Shown: positions 1 to 10,609 of the stretch, in pieces
Position numbering within the stretch: the stretch's first letter is position 1
Layout: each line of letters starts with the position of its first letter
Source of the DNA: Deltaproteobacteria bacterium
GTDB lineage: Bacteria; Myxococcota_A; UBA9160; SZUA-336
Direction of reading: 5' to 3'
Assembly: GCA_004356455.1 (NCBI GenBank)
Contig: SMWZ01000028.1
Coordinates: 1-46,277, forward strand
DNA: 46,277 nt
Position numbers and translations under genes: made by a program
The notes under the pieces: generated by a model
What the model saw: only the letters and a program-made list of their open reading frames with translations
Databases searched by the model: none
Told to the model about the DNA's origin: nothing

Positions 1-71
1 AAAGCTGACGCGCTACCAGGCTGCGCCACGCCCCGATCGCGGGAGAGTCTAGCGGGCCTGACGTTCGCGCT

Positions 72-1274
72 CTAGCGCGGGGTGAGGCGGATGGGGATCT
101 CGCGGATCGAGTTGGTGAGGTTCGAGCGTAGTCGTCTGGAGGGACCGGTGAGCTCGGCCCGGCTGAAGCAGCGGAAGAACTCCTCGAAGAAGACCTGCGC
201 CTCGAGGCGAGCGAGACGAGCGCCGAGGCAGAAGTGCTCCCCCCAGCCGAAGGCCAGGTGCGGGTTCGGGTCGCGCCGGATGTCGAAGCGGAAGGGCTCC
301 TCGAAGACCTCCTCATCGAAGTTGGCCGAGGTGTAGTGCAGCGCCACGCGATCGCCCTCCCGGATCTTCTTGCCCCGCAGCTCTACGTCGCGAGTGGCCG
401 TGCGCCGAAAATAATGCACCGGTGTGGTCCAGCGCAGCATCTCTTCGATCGCGGTCGGGAGCAGGGCAAAGTCGGACTCGAGCTCGCGGTAGGCCCGAGG
501 GTTCTCAAGCAGGGCCAGCATGGCCCCCGCGAGCAAGCTGCGGCTGGTCTCGTTGCCGGCGACCGCGATCTGCACGAAGAGAGCCGCGAACTCCACCTCG
601 TTCAGCGGGTGCCCCTCAAGCTCCGCGTTCAACATGAGCGAGATCAGATCCTTGCCCCCCCTGCCCTTGCGCTCGTTCGCCAGCTTGAAGCCGTAGGCGC
701 CCAGCTCGGTCGCCGAGTTGGCCGCGGCATCCCTCGCCGCGACCTCCGGATCGGTCCTTCCGATCAGCTTGTCCCCCAGCTCGACGATCCGCAGGCGATC
801 CGCCTCGGGGATGGCCATGATCTGGTTGATGGTCTGTAGCGGCAGCTCGGCGGCCAGATCGCGCACGAAATCGCAGTCGCGCTTCTCGGCTGCAACCTGC
901 ATGATCTCGCGCGCCCGTGCGCGCAGCCACGGCTCCAGCTCGGCAATCATGGTCGGCGTGAAGGCGTCGAGCACGATGCGCCGGATTCGGATGTGCTCGG
1001 GTGGGTCCATGCTCAAGAGCTGGGTGCGCATGGCGGCGAGCTGCTGAGGCGACTGGTCCTCGATGATGATGCCCCCGCGTGCGGCGGAGAAGGTCTGCCA
1101 ATCCTTGGACGCCGCCATTACATCGGCGTGCTTGAGCAGAGCCCAGTAGCCGGCGCCCTCGGGCAGCTCCTGCCAGAAGACGGGCTCCTGGGCGCGCAGC
1201 AGCGCGAAGGTCTCGTGGGGCACCGCCTTTACGTAAAGGTCGGGATCGTAGATGTTGACGTCCTCGAGCTTCAC
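72..1274 (-). CDS. Cytochrome P450, CYP125/CYP124/CYP126-like clan
   Basis: 400 aa; I-helix AVAGNETSR, EEMLR (ExxR), heme motif FGWGEHFCLG. GTG start overlaps the ferredoxin TGA (GTGA). Exact family not assignable by eye. Confidence 0.9.
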   Translation of the reverse strand: MKLEDVNIYDPDLYVKAVPHETFALLRAQEPVFWQELPEGAGYWALLKHADVMAASKDWQTFSAARGGIIIEDQSPQQLAAMRTQLLSMDPPEHIRIRRIVLDAFTPTMIAELEPWLRARAREIMQVAAEKRDCDFVRDLAAELPLQTINQIMAIPEADRLRIVELGDKLIGRTDPEVAARDAAANSATELGAYGFKLANERKGRGGKDLISLMLNAELEGHPLNEVEFAALFVQIAVAGNETSRSLLAGAMLALLENPRAYRELESDFALLPTAIEEMLRWTTPVHYFRRTATRDVELRGKKIREGDRVALHYTSANFDEEVFEEPFRFDIRRDPNPHLAFGWGEHFCLGARLARLEAQVFFEEFFRCFSRAELTGPSRRLRSNLTNSIREIPIRLTPR

Positions 1275-1468
1275 GCTTCCTCCAGCAAGAGCGCCCGCGT
1301 GGGGCAGTACTTGACCGCCAGCTCGACCTTCGAGCGTAGATCCTGCGGCGGCTGCTCCTGGAGCAGCACGAGCTCCCCGCTCTCCTCATCGAGCTCGAAG
1401 ACCTCCGGTGCCTCGGACGCGCACACGCCGTGCGCCTGACACAGGTCCCGATCGAGCTTGACCTTCAT
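1271..1468 (-). CDS. fdx: 3Fe-4S ferredoxin (P450 redox partner)
   Basis: 65 aa MKVKLDRDLCQAHGVCASEAPEVF...YCPTRAL; CxxHxxC...CP motif like the Mtb ferredoxin Rv0763c next to cyp51. The true start is ATG 1468, inside the longer track ORF. Confidence 0.93.
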   Translation of the reverse strand: MKVKLDRDLCQAHGVCASEAPEVFELDEESGELVLLQEQPPQDLRSKVELAVKYCPTRALLLEEA

Positions 1469-1481
1469 CGGATGGTCTCCC

Positions 1482-2882
1482 TCAGGCACGCCGCCGATAC
1501 CGCACGCGGCAGGGCTGCACGAGCTGCACCACCATCTTCGAGTGGTCGTTGCGATAGCTCTCCGATGGCTGGAGCATCTCGAAGCTGTAGCGGCGCAGCA
1601 GGATGCTGAAGATCGCCTTGAGCTGCATGATGGCAAAGGCGGCCCCGATACAGCGATGCCGCCCCCCGCCGAAGGGGATCCAGGCGAAGACGCGCTGGTC
1701 CTCCTGGCGCCCGGGCCGGTAGCGTTCCGGGTCGAAGCGTTCAGGGTCGGGAAAGCATTCCGGCATTCGGTTCGAGACGGCGATCGATGCGGCCACCAGT
1801 TTCCCCGCCGGGACGGTCCAGCGCTTGTAGTGGAAGTCGTACATGACCTTACGCAGCACGATGATGAGCGGTGGATGCAGACGCAGCGTCTCCTTGATCA
1901 CGTTCTCGAGCTCGGGGATCTCGCGCAGCGCCTGGTAGCTCACGTCGACCCCATCGGCGTAGATCTGCTCGAGCTCGGCCACGACCCGATCCATGTAGAC
2001 GGGGTTGCGCAGCAGCTCGATCAATGTCCACGCGGCCGTGCCGGAGGTCGTGTGGTGGCCTGCAAACATCATAGAGATGAAGATGCCGGTGATCTCGTCC
2101 GGCGTGTAACGGGGGCGACCGCCATCGTGATACAGGCTCGTGAGCACCTGGAGCAGGTCGTTGGGCTTGCGGCCCTCGGCCTTTCGCTGCTCGATGATCC
2201 CGACGATCATCTCCACCAGCCGCCTGCGGGCCTGGTCCCGCTTGCGGAAGGACGGCAGCGGTAGATAGGGGTTTACATACGCGATCGCGTCGGTGCCCCT
2301 CTCGAGCTCGTGATACTGGGTCGCGAACTCGGGGGTCAGCTCCTCTCGGAACTCCTTTCCGAGCAGGCAGGCGCTCGAGGTATAGATCGTGAGCTCCGCG
2401 AAGAAGTCGAGCAGGTCGATCTCCCCCTCTTCGCCCCAGCCCGCGAGCATGCGCTCGGTCTCGTCCGCGATCACCTGGGCGTGACCACGCATGAATTTGT
2501 CACGCAGCGAACGGTTGCGGAGCGCCTGCTTGCGCTGCTCGGGCGGCGCGTCGAAGACAACGCCCGCGCCGAAGATCGGCTTCATGAAGGGATAGGCCGC
2601 GGCCTGATCGAGCTGCTCGTCGGACGCGCGAAAAAAAGCCTCGTTTCCCTCCTCGCCCGTCAGCAGGACAACACGGTGGCCCGCCAGGTTGAACTCGCCG
2701 ATCTCTCCGCACTCGTCGCGCACCCGTTGCATCAGCGCGATCGGCCGGCGCCGCAGCTCGAGCAGATGACCGAGCCAGGGCAACCCTCCGGAGAGCTTGG
2801 GGGGATCGGAGCCCCTCGCAGCAGGCGCGGGCGTCTGAGTCGCAGCGGGAGACGCGACGGAGGCCGGGGTCGCGCTACTCAT
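1482..2882 (-). CDS. cyp51: Sterol 14-alpha-demethylase CYP51 (CYP51B-type)
   Basis: Long segments near-identical to recalled Mtb CYP51B1 (LMQRVRDECG, LDQA.AYPFM.PIFG.GVVFDA, FFAELTIYTSSACL.GK, FISMMFAGHHT, SYRNDHSKMVVQL); heme motif FGGGRHRCIG. Start chosen at ATG 2882 (track ORF starts 2912). Confidence 0.95.
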   Translation of the reverse strand: MSSATPASVASPAATQTPAPAARGSDPPKLSGGLPWLGHLLELRRRPIALMQRVRDECGEIGEFNLAGHRVVLLTGEEGNEAFFRASDEQLDQAAAYPFMKPIFGAGVVFDAPPEQRKQALRNRSLRDKFMRGHAQVIADETERMLAGWGEEGEIDLLDFFAELTIYTSSACLLGKEFREELTPEFATQYHELERGTDAIAYVNPYLPLPSFRKRDQARRRLVEMIVGIIEQRKAEGRKPNDLLQVLTSLYHDGGRPRYTPDEITGIFISMMFAGHHTTSGTAAWTLIELLRNPVYMDRVVAELEQIYADGVDVSYQALREIPELENVIKETLRLHPPLIIVLRKVMYDFHYKRWTVPAGKLVAASIAVSNRMPECFPDPERFDPERYRPGRQEDQRVFAWIPFGGGRHRCIGAAFAIMQLKAIFSILLRRYSFEMLQPSESYRNDHSKMVVQLVQPCRVRYRRRA

Positions 2883-2991
2883 CCCGAGCCCAGCCGAGCT
2901 CCCCCAGCGCACGTGCGGTGGCTGCGCCGATCCCGGACGACGCGCCCGTGACGAGCGCGGTGCGAGCCTCGGTAGCGAGCTTCCGGCTCAC
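2875..2991 (-). pseudogene. Remnant of a short-chain dehydrogenase (Rv0765c-like), N-terminal Rossmann fragment only
   Basis: Hand translation: MSRKLATEARTALVTGASSGIGAATARALGELGWARDE*. Contains the TGxxxGIG SDR motif; GTG start overlaps the cyp123 TGA; ends on the cyp51 start. Confidence 0.85.
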
Positions 2992-4166
2992 GGGGAGAAC
3001 TCAATCGGCATGGACGCGAAGCCACGCACGTTGATCGAGTGTACGCGCACCAGCTTCTCCCAGGCGATCTCGAAATTAGGGAAGCGCCTTTGGACCTCTT
3101 CCAGAGCTACCCGGCCCTCGAGCCGGGCCAGGGCCGCCCCCATACAGAAGTGCGTTCCGTAGCCGAAGGAGAGCATGGCGTTGGTGTTGCGCATGAGATC
3201 GAAGCGATCCGGATGCTCCCACACGCGTTCGTCGCGGCTCGCCGCCCCCAGGATCACGACCAGGCGGTCTCCCTCCTGGAGCTTCTCGCCGTGCAGCTCC
3301 AGATCCTGGGTCAGAGTGCGCGCCAGGGCCTGGGTCGAGCCGTCGTAGCGCAGCGTCTCCTCGATCCAGCGTGGGATCAAGCTCGGGTCGGAGCGAACCT
3401 TCTCGCGCTCCTGGGGGTTCTTCGAGATCCAGTAGAGGGCGTTGCCGAGCAGCTTCGTGGTGGTCTCGTTGCCCGCGATGATCATCAGGAAGAGAAAGCC
3501 GAGGACCTCTCGTGGGGTCAGACGATCGCCCTCGATCTCCGCCGCAAGCAGCGCACCGGTGAGATCGTCGTGAGGATGCTTCTCCCGGTCCGCGACCAGC
3601 TCCTGGAAGTAGTTGAGTATCTTTGCGGCCGCCTCCATGCCGGCGGGAGGGACGTCCAGCATGCCGTCCTCGCGGTGCAGGACGGTATCCGCCCAGCTTC
3701 GCAGGGGATCGCGATCCGCTTCGGGCACACCCAGCATCTCGCTGATGACGTCCATCGGGAGCTTCCCCGCGAACTCCTGGATGAAGTCACACTCGCCCCG
3801 GCCGATGAATCCATCGATGTGGCCCGTCGCGATCTCGCGAATGCGCGGCTCCAGGTTGGCCACGCGGCGCGGCGTGAAGGCGCGGTAGACCAGGGCGCGC
3901 ATGCGCGTATGGCGCGGTGGGTCCATCGCCAGGAATGACATGGTGGCATCCGCATCCGGGTGGGTAGCCGACGGATCGAGGGAGACCCCGTCGCGGCTTG
4001 AGTAGAGCTCTGTATCCCGCAGCGCGGCCTGTACGTCGGCGTGCCGCGACAGTGCCCAGAACCCGAGCTCTCGGTTGCGATAGGCGGGCGCCTCGTCGCG
4101 AAGACGCTTATAGATGGGGTACGGGTCCTCCTGGGTTGCGTAGGCGTAGGGGTTGTACTCGACCAT
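2988..4166 (-). CDS. cyp123: Cytochrome P450, CYP123-like
   Basis: 392 aa from ATG 4166; matches recalled Mtb CYP123 (EFAGKLPMDVISE, AD.VLHREDG..DVPP, FLFLM.IAGNETTTKLL, VRVHS.NVRGFA); heme motif FGYGTHFCMG. Confidence 0.88.
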   Translation of the reverse strand: MVEYNPYAYATQEDPYPIYKRLRDEAPAYRNRELGFWALSRHADVQAALRDTELYSSRDGVSLDPSATHPDADATMSFLAMDPPRHTRMRALVYRAFTPRRVANLEPRIREIATGHIDGFIGRGECDFIQEFAGKLPMDVISEMLGVPEADRDPLRSWADTVLHREDGMLDVPPAGMEAAAKILNYFQELVADREKHPHDDLTGALLAAEIEGDRLTPREVLGFLFLMIIAGNETTTKLLGNALYWISKNPQEREKVRSDPSLIPRWIEETLRYDGSTQALARTLTQDLELHGEKLQEGDRLVVILGAASRDERVWEHPDRFDLMRNTNAMLSFGYGTHFCMGAALARLEGRVALEEVQRRFPNFEIAWEKLVRVHSINVRGFASMPIEFSP

Positions 4167-4195
4167 GCGCGAGGACCTCGCTCGAGCTTTGGGCC

Positions 4196-4224
4196 ACCTT
4201 ATTCCATTTACATTTCGCCTGCAA
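4196..4224 (-). promoter_or_regulatory. Putative sigma70-type promoter for the P450 operon
   Basis: Minus strand TTGCAG-17 nt-TAAGGT, 30 nt upstream of the cyp123 ATG, in an AT-rich intergenic patch. Confidence 0.5.
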
Positions 4225-4242
4225 GGCAAATTCTGATATGCT
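4214..4242 (+). promoter_or_regulatory. Putative sigma70-type promoter (extended -10) for dehydrogenase-TetR-MBL
   Basis: TTCGCC-17 nt-TATGCT with TGn directly before the -10; overlaps the divergent promoter. Confidence 0.45.
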
Positions 4243-4277
4243 GGCGCCCGCATTAGCTCGGGGGATCGACCATCACC

Positions 4278-5135
4278 ATGCGTGCGGGATTCATCGGACT
4301 CGGCAACATCGGTGCGCCCATGGCTGAATGGCTGGTGAAGAGCTCCTTTGAAACGACCGTCTACGACACCAACCCCGAGGCGGTCCGGGAGCTGGTCGCC
4401 GCGGGAGCCCGAGCCGCGACCTCGGGCCGCGAGCTGGCCGCGGCCAGTGACGTGATGGGCGTCTGCGTGCGCGATGACGCCGACGTGCTCGACGTGGTGC
4501 TGGGCGAGGATGGACTGCTGGCGGGAGCCACCCCCGGCAGCGTGATCGCGCTCCACAGCACCATCTTGCCGCGCACGGTGACAGAGGTGGGCCGGCTCGC
4601 TGCCAAACGCGGCGTGGGTGTGGTGGACGCATGCATCACCGGAGGCCGGGCGGGCGCCCAGCAGGGCACGCTCACCTATATGGTGGGGGGCGAGAGCGAG
4701 CACCTGGAACGTGTGCGCCCCGCCTTGGAGACCTCGGCCGCCAAGATCATTCACACGGGGCCGCTGGCCAGCGGCGCCGCCACCAAGCTCTGCAATAACT
4801 TGATGACCTATCTGGGGTTCCTCGCGGCCTTCGAGGCCACTCACCTCGCGCGCAACGCGGGTCTCTCGCAGCAGGCGCTCGAGGAAGTCACCGCCACGAA
4901 CGGAAACATGAGCCAACAGATGCTGCGCTTCCTGGCGCTGCATAAGGTCTCACCCGAGCAGCAGAAGAGCGAGAGCTTCCAGACGGTGATCCGCAGCTAC
5001 GCCGACCTGGCCGAGAAGGATCTGACCGTCACCCTCGCCTTTGCGCGCGAGAACGGCGTGACCCTGCCCGGCACCGCGCTCTGCCAGCAGCTGATGGCGC
5101 GGGTCTACGGAGTTCTGGACGAGAATCGCCGCTGA
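4278..5135 (+). CDS. NAD(P)-dependent beta-hydroxyacid dehydrogenase (3-hydroxyisobutyrate dehydrogenase family, Rv0770-like)
   Basis: GFIGLGNIGAPMA Rossmann motif, VDACITGG, catalytic KLCNN. Confidence 0.9.
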   Translation: MRAGFIGLGNIGAPMAEWLVKSSFETTVYDTNPEAVRELVAAGARAATSGRELAAASDVMGVCVRDDADVLDVVLGEDGLLAGATPGSVIALHSTILPRTVTEVGRLAAKRGVGVVDACITGGRAGAQQGTLTYMVGGESEHLERVRPALETSAAKIIHTGPLASGAATKLCNNLMTYLGFLAAFEATHLARNAGLSQQALEEVTATNGNMSQQMLRFLALHKVSPEQQKSESFQTVIRSYADLAEKDLTVTLAFARENGVTLPGTALCQQLMARVYGVLDENRR

Positions 5136-5149
5136 GACAAGGCCCAGCC

Positions 5150-5806
5150 GTGACCGAAGCTACACACACCCACCTGCCGCTTCCCCCCAGAGGGCGTCGC
5201 TCGCACGCCGAGCGCACAGCGGAGACGCGCGCAAGGATCATCGCGGCCGTGGTGGAGAGCATCGCGGAGGTGGGATTTCAGCGCACCACGGCCAGCGAGA
5301 TCGCACAGCGAGCGGGCGTCACCTGGGGCGCCGTTCAGCATCACTTCGGGGCCAAGGACGGCATGCTCGTGGCCGCACTGGAGAACTCTTTCAATCGCTT
5401 CGCCCAGCGACTCGGAAATATCCCGCTCGAGGGAACCTCGCTCGAGAAACGTGCCTCGCTCTTCATCGATCGCGCCTGGGAGCACTTCAGCAGCGCCGAG
5501 TATCGCTCCACCTTCGAGATCCTGTTGAACTACCTCGGACGCGATGACCTGGAGCAGCACCCGACCTGGCAGGAGCGGATGTTCCGAGCCTGGGACCGGA
5601 TCTGGCTGCGCCTGTTCGGGGACGCTCCGCTTCCGCGACGGCGTCGTTTCGTGCTCCAGCACTATACGATCTCCGCGCTCTCGGGCCTGGCCTCTACACT
5701 CATGTTGGAAGGCGGAGAGGCGCGGCTGCGGAAGGGCGAGCTCGATCTGCTCAAGGACACCCTGGCACGAGAGCTCAGCCAGGGCATGCAAGACAGCGTG
5801 CGCTGA
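5150..5806 (+). CDS. TetR/AcrR family transcriptional regulator
   Basis: N-terminal HTH GFQRTTASEIAQRAGVTWGAVQHHFGAKDGML. Confidence 0.93.
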   Translation: MTEATHTHLPLPPRGRRSHAERTAETRARIIAAVVESIAEVGFQRTTASEIAQRAGVTWGAVQHHFGAKDGMLVAALENSFNRFAQRLGNIPLEGTSLEKRASLFIDRAWEHFSSAEYRSTFEILLNYLGRDDLEQHPTWQERMFRAWDRIWLRLFGDAPLPRRRRFVLQHYTISALSGLASTLMLEGGEARLRKGELDLLKDTLARELSQGMQDSVR

Positions 5807-5840
5807 AGCCGGCATGAGACGAATTTTCTAGACTGTCCCG

Positions 5841-6926
5841 ATGGCGCGCCGACAAGAACAGGAGAGTGCTCGCAAGGAGGTGACGGAGGTCGCCCCGAAC
5901 GTGCTCCGCATGGAGCTGCCGATCCACATGCCGGGACTCGGCCACGTGAACTGCTACGCGCTGATCGATGGCGAGGGGGCGACGCTGGTGGATCCCGGTC
6001 TGCCCGGGCCGCTCACCTGGCGCGCCATCCAGGACCGGCTGAAGCGCGCGGGGCTGCGCGTGAAGAACGTGCATACGATCATCGTGACGCACTCCCATCC
6101 CGACCATTTCGGCGGTGCATTGCGCCTCCAGCGAGCGTCTGGGGCGCGCGTGGTCGCTCATCGCAGCTTCAGCTTCGGACCGATCCGGCCCGTCATCCTG
6201 GAGCCCGAGGTCTCGGTGGATGATCTGTCGGCACAGGTCGAGGCGCAGGTCGAGACGGAGGCCGAGGAAGAGGAAACCCGACCCCGCACAAGAGACCGCG
6301 GCCTAACCCCGTGGGGCGGCCAACGACCCGGCTTCACCCTGCGTCAGCGTCTCGTCTGGAGAACCTTGCGCTTTCTCCAGCGCGGCTCGTTCCTGCCCAC
6401 CATCACCCACCCCGTGAAGCATGGCGACGCGCTGCGGCTGGCCGGCCGCGACTTCTTCATGCTGCACACCCCGGGTCACACCGAGGATCATCTGTGCCTG
6501 CACGATCCGGAAAGCGGGACGCTGCTGGCGGGCGACCACGTACTGCCCACGATCACGCCCCATATCTCCGGTCTAACCTCGACGGCCGATCCGCTGGCCG
6601 ATTTCTTCGACTCGCTCGACCGCGTGGGCGAGGTGCCCAACGTCAAGCAGGTGCTACCCGCCCACGGTCACCCGTTCACCGACCTGCGCGGCCGCGCCCA
6701 GGCGATCAAACGCCACCACCACGAGCGGCTCGCTAAGGTCAAAGCGATCTCACGCGAGCTCGGCCCGGCCAGTGTCCAGGCCTTCTCCCACAAACTCTTC
6801 CGGCCGCGAAGCTGGGGTCCCATGGCCGAGAGCGAGACCTACGCGCATCTCGAGCACCTGCGCCTCCTGGGCGAGGCCGAGTGTGTCAAGGGCAAGGGTG
6901 GCCAGCTGGTGTACGTGGCAGGCTGA
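5841..6926 (+). CDS. Metallo-beta-lactamase fold hydrolase
   Basis: THSHPDH, HTPGHTEDH, LAGDH and PAHG metal-binding motifs; C-terminal winged-helix-like tail (ESETYAHLEHL). Confidence 0.9.
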   Translation: MARRQEQESARKEVTEVAPNVLRMELPIHMPGLGHVNCYALIDGEGATLVDPGLPGPLTWRAIQDRLKRAGLRVKNVHTIIVTHSHPDHFGGALRLQRASGARVVAHRSFSFGPIRPVILEPEVSVDDLSAQVEAQVETEAEEEETRPRTRDRGLTPWGGQRPGFTLRQRLVWRTLRFLQRGSFLPTITHPVKHGDALRLAGRDFFMLHTPGHTEDHLCLHDPESGTLLAGDHVLPTITPHISGLTSTADPLADFFDSLDRVGEVPNVKQVLPAHGHPFTDLRGRAQAIKRHHHERLAKVKAISRELGPASVQAFSHKLFRPRSWGPMAESETYAHLEHLRLLGEAECVKGKGGQLVYVAG

Positions 6927-6944
6927 GTCCGGCTCGAGCCGCGC

Positions 6945-8997
<2,053 letters not shown>

Positions 8998-9020
8998 CTA
9001 CCTTGGCCGGCAGGTCCGGG

Positions 9021-10196
9021 TCACGCGCTCCCCAGAACGAGCCCACTGGTCGGGACGCCGGTGCCCGCCGTGACGAGAACGTGCTCGACATCCGCGATCT
9101 GGTTCACCGCCGTGCCCCGGACCTGGCGCACCGCCTCGCAGATCCCATTCATGCCGTGGATGTAAGCCTCTCCGAGCTGGCCGCCGTTGGGGTTGATAGG
9201 GAGAGCGCCGTCGAGCTCGATGTTCCCGTCCGCGATGAAATGACGCGCCTCGCCCCGATCGCAGAAGCCCAGCTCCTCGAGCTGGGTAAGCACGAAGGGC
9301 GTGAAGTGATCGTAGATCACGGCGCACTGAACGTCGGCCGGCTCAAGACCCGAGTGCTGCCACAGCTGATGACCCACCAGACCCATCTCCGGCAGCCCGG
9401 TGATGTCGCTGCGGTAGTAGCTGGTCATCACCTCCTGGTCCAAGCTCGAGCCTTGTGCGCTGGCGCGGATCAGGGCCGGAGGCTGCGCCAGATCCCGGGC
9501 GCGCTCGCTACGCGTCACGACCAGAGCCACCGCACCATCGCTCTCCTGACAGCAGTCCAGCAGATGGAGCGGCTCGACGATCCAGCGGGAGCTCTGATGC
9601 TCCTCGAGCGTGATCGAATGCTCGTAGAACCAGGCCTTGGGGTTGGTCGCGGCGTGCTTGCGGGCCGCCACGGCGACACGGCCGAAGTCCTCACTGGTGG
9701 CGCCGTACTCGTGCATGTACCGACGAGCGAACATGGCGACCCAGGCCGCCGGCGTTACCAGGCCGAAGGGCGCGTACCAATGGGTCGGGATCTGAGCGCC
9801 GGGCGGCGGGGGCGGCGGCTGCTGGCCCGATCCGAAGCGACGCCCGGAGCGCTCGTTCAAGGCTCGGTAGCACACCACGGCGTCGGCCGAGCCGGTTGCC
9901 ACGGCCATGGCCGCCTGATGGATCGTCGCGCAGCCGGCACCGCCACCGTAGTGAACGCGGCTGAAGTGGGTCAGGCTGGGAATGCCGAGACCGCGAGCCA
10001 CATCGATCTCAAGATTCGAGTCCTGCGCGAAGGTGACCATGCCATCGATATCGGCCGGCGAGAGGCCCGCGTCGGCGATGGCGGCCCGGACGGCTTCGAC
10101 GGCCAGCTGGAGCTCGCTGCGACCCGATTTCTTCGAGAACTCGGTCGCCCCAATCCCAACGATCGCCGCCTCATCCTTGAGCGTGGACCTCGGCAT
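9021..10196 (-). CDS. ltp2: Ltp2-like steroid side-chain retro-aldolase (thiolase fold, lipid-transfer protein family)
   Basis: Matches recalled Mtb Ltp2 (AAIVGIGAT.FSK.SGRSEL, HYGGGA, LLDCCQE.DGA, YDHFTPF, GGQLGEAYIHGMNG, HVLVTAGTGVPTSGL). Start chosen at ATG 10196. Confidence 0.92.
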   Translation of the reverse strand: MPRSTLKDEAAIVGIGATEFSKKSGRSELQLAVEAVRAAIADAGLSPADIDGMVTFAQDSNLEIDVARGLGIPSLTHFSRVHYGGGAGCATIHQAAMAVATGSADAVVCYRALNERSGRRFGSGQQPPPPPPGAQIPTHWYAPFGLVTPAAWVAMFARRYMHEYGATSEDFGRVAVAARKHAATNPKAWFYEHSITLEEHQSSRWIVEPLHLLDCCQESDGAVALVVTRSERARDLAQPPALIRASAQGSSLDQEVMTSYYRSDITGLPEMGLVGHQLWQHSGLEPADVQCAVIYDHFTPFVLTQLEELGFCDRGEARHFIADGNIELDGALPINPNGGQLGEAYIHGMNGICEAVRQVRGTAVNQIADVEHVLVTAGTGVPTSGLVLGSA

Positions 10197-10204
10197 CCCC
10201 GGGC

Positions 10205-10609
10205 TCAACTCGCGCGTGGCCGCCACAGCGGCAGCGTCCACTCGTCATGCACGCGAACGAAGCACACCTCCACGGGCATGCCGATGCAGACGTTAGCCGG
10301 ATCGATCTCGATCACATTGCCAACGACGCGTGTCCCCTCCTCGAGCTCCACCAGCGCAACCGCGAAGGGAGGATCGAACCCCGGCACGGGAGGATGGTGA
10401 TGAACCACGAAGCTGTAGACCTCTCCGCGACCGCTGGCCGTGACGTGGTTCCACCCCAGCGACTGACACGACGAGCACATGGGACGGGGCGGGTGGCGCA
10501 GCGTCCCGCACGACTGACAGCGCTGGATGCGAAGCTCGTCCTTCTCGACCCCTTCCCAGAAGAACGCCGAGTCCGCGTTCATGGTGGGCTGAGGCCGCCG
10601 GGCCGTCAA
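10205..10609 (-). CDS. DUF35 Zn-ribbon/OB-fold protein (equivalent to the ChsH2 C-terminal domain)
   Basis: AFFWEGV...ELRIQRCQSC...RHPPRPMCSSC...SGRGEVYSFVVHH...ALVELEEG; TTG start overlaps the upstream TGA. Confidence 0.9.
   Translation of the reverse strand: MTARRPQPTMNADSAFFWEGVEKDELRIQRCQSCGTLRHPPRPMCSSCQSLGWNHVTASGRGEVYSFVVHHHPPVPGFDPPFAVALVELEEGTRVVGNVIEIDPANVCIGMPVEVCFVRVHDEWTLPLWRPRAS

Noticed and set aside
2988-4943. 651-aa ORF suggesting a P450 with a large N-terminal fusion
   Set aside because: The first 259 codons are the antisense shadow of the plus-strand dehydrogenase; the P450 fold and a promoter fit ATG 4166.
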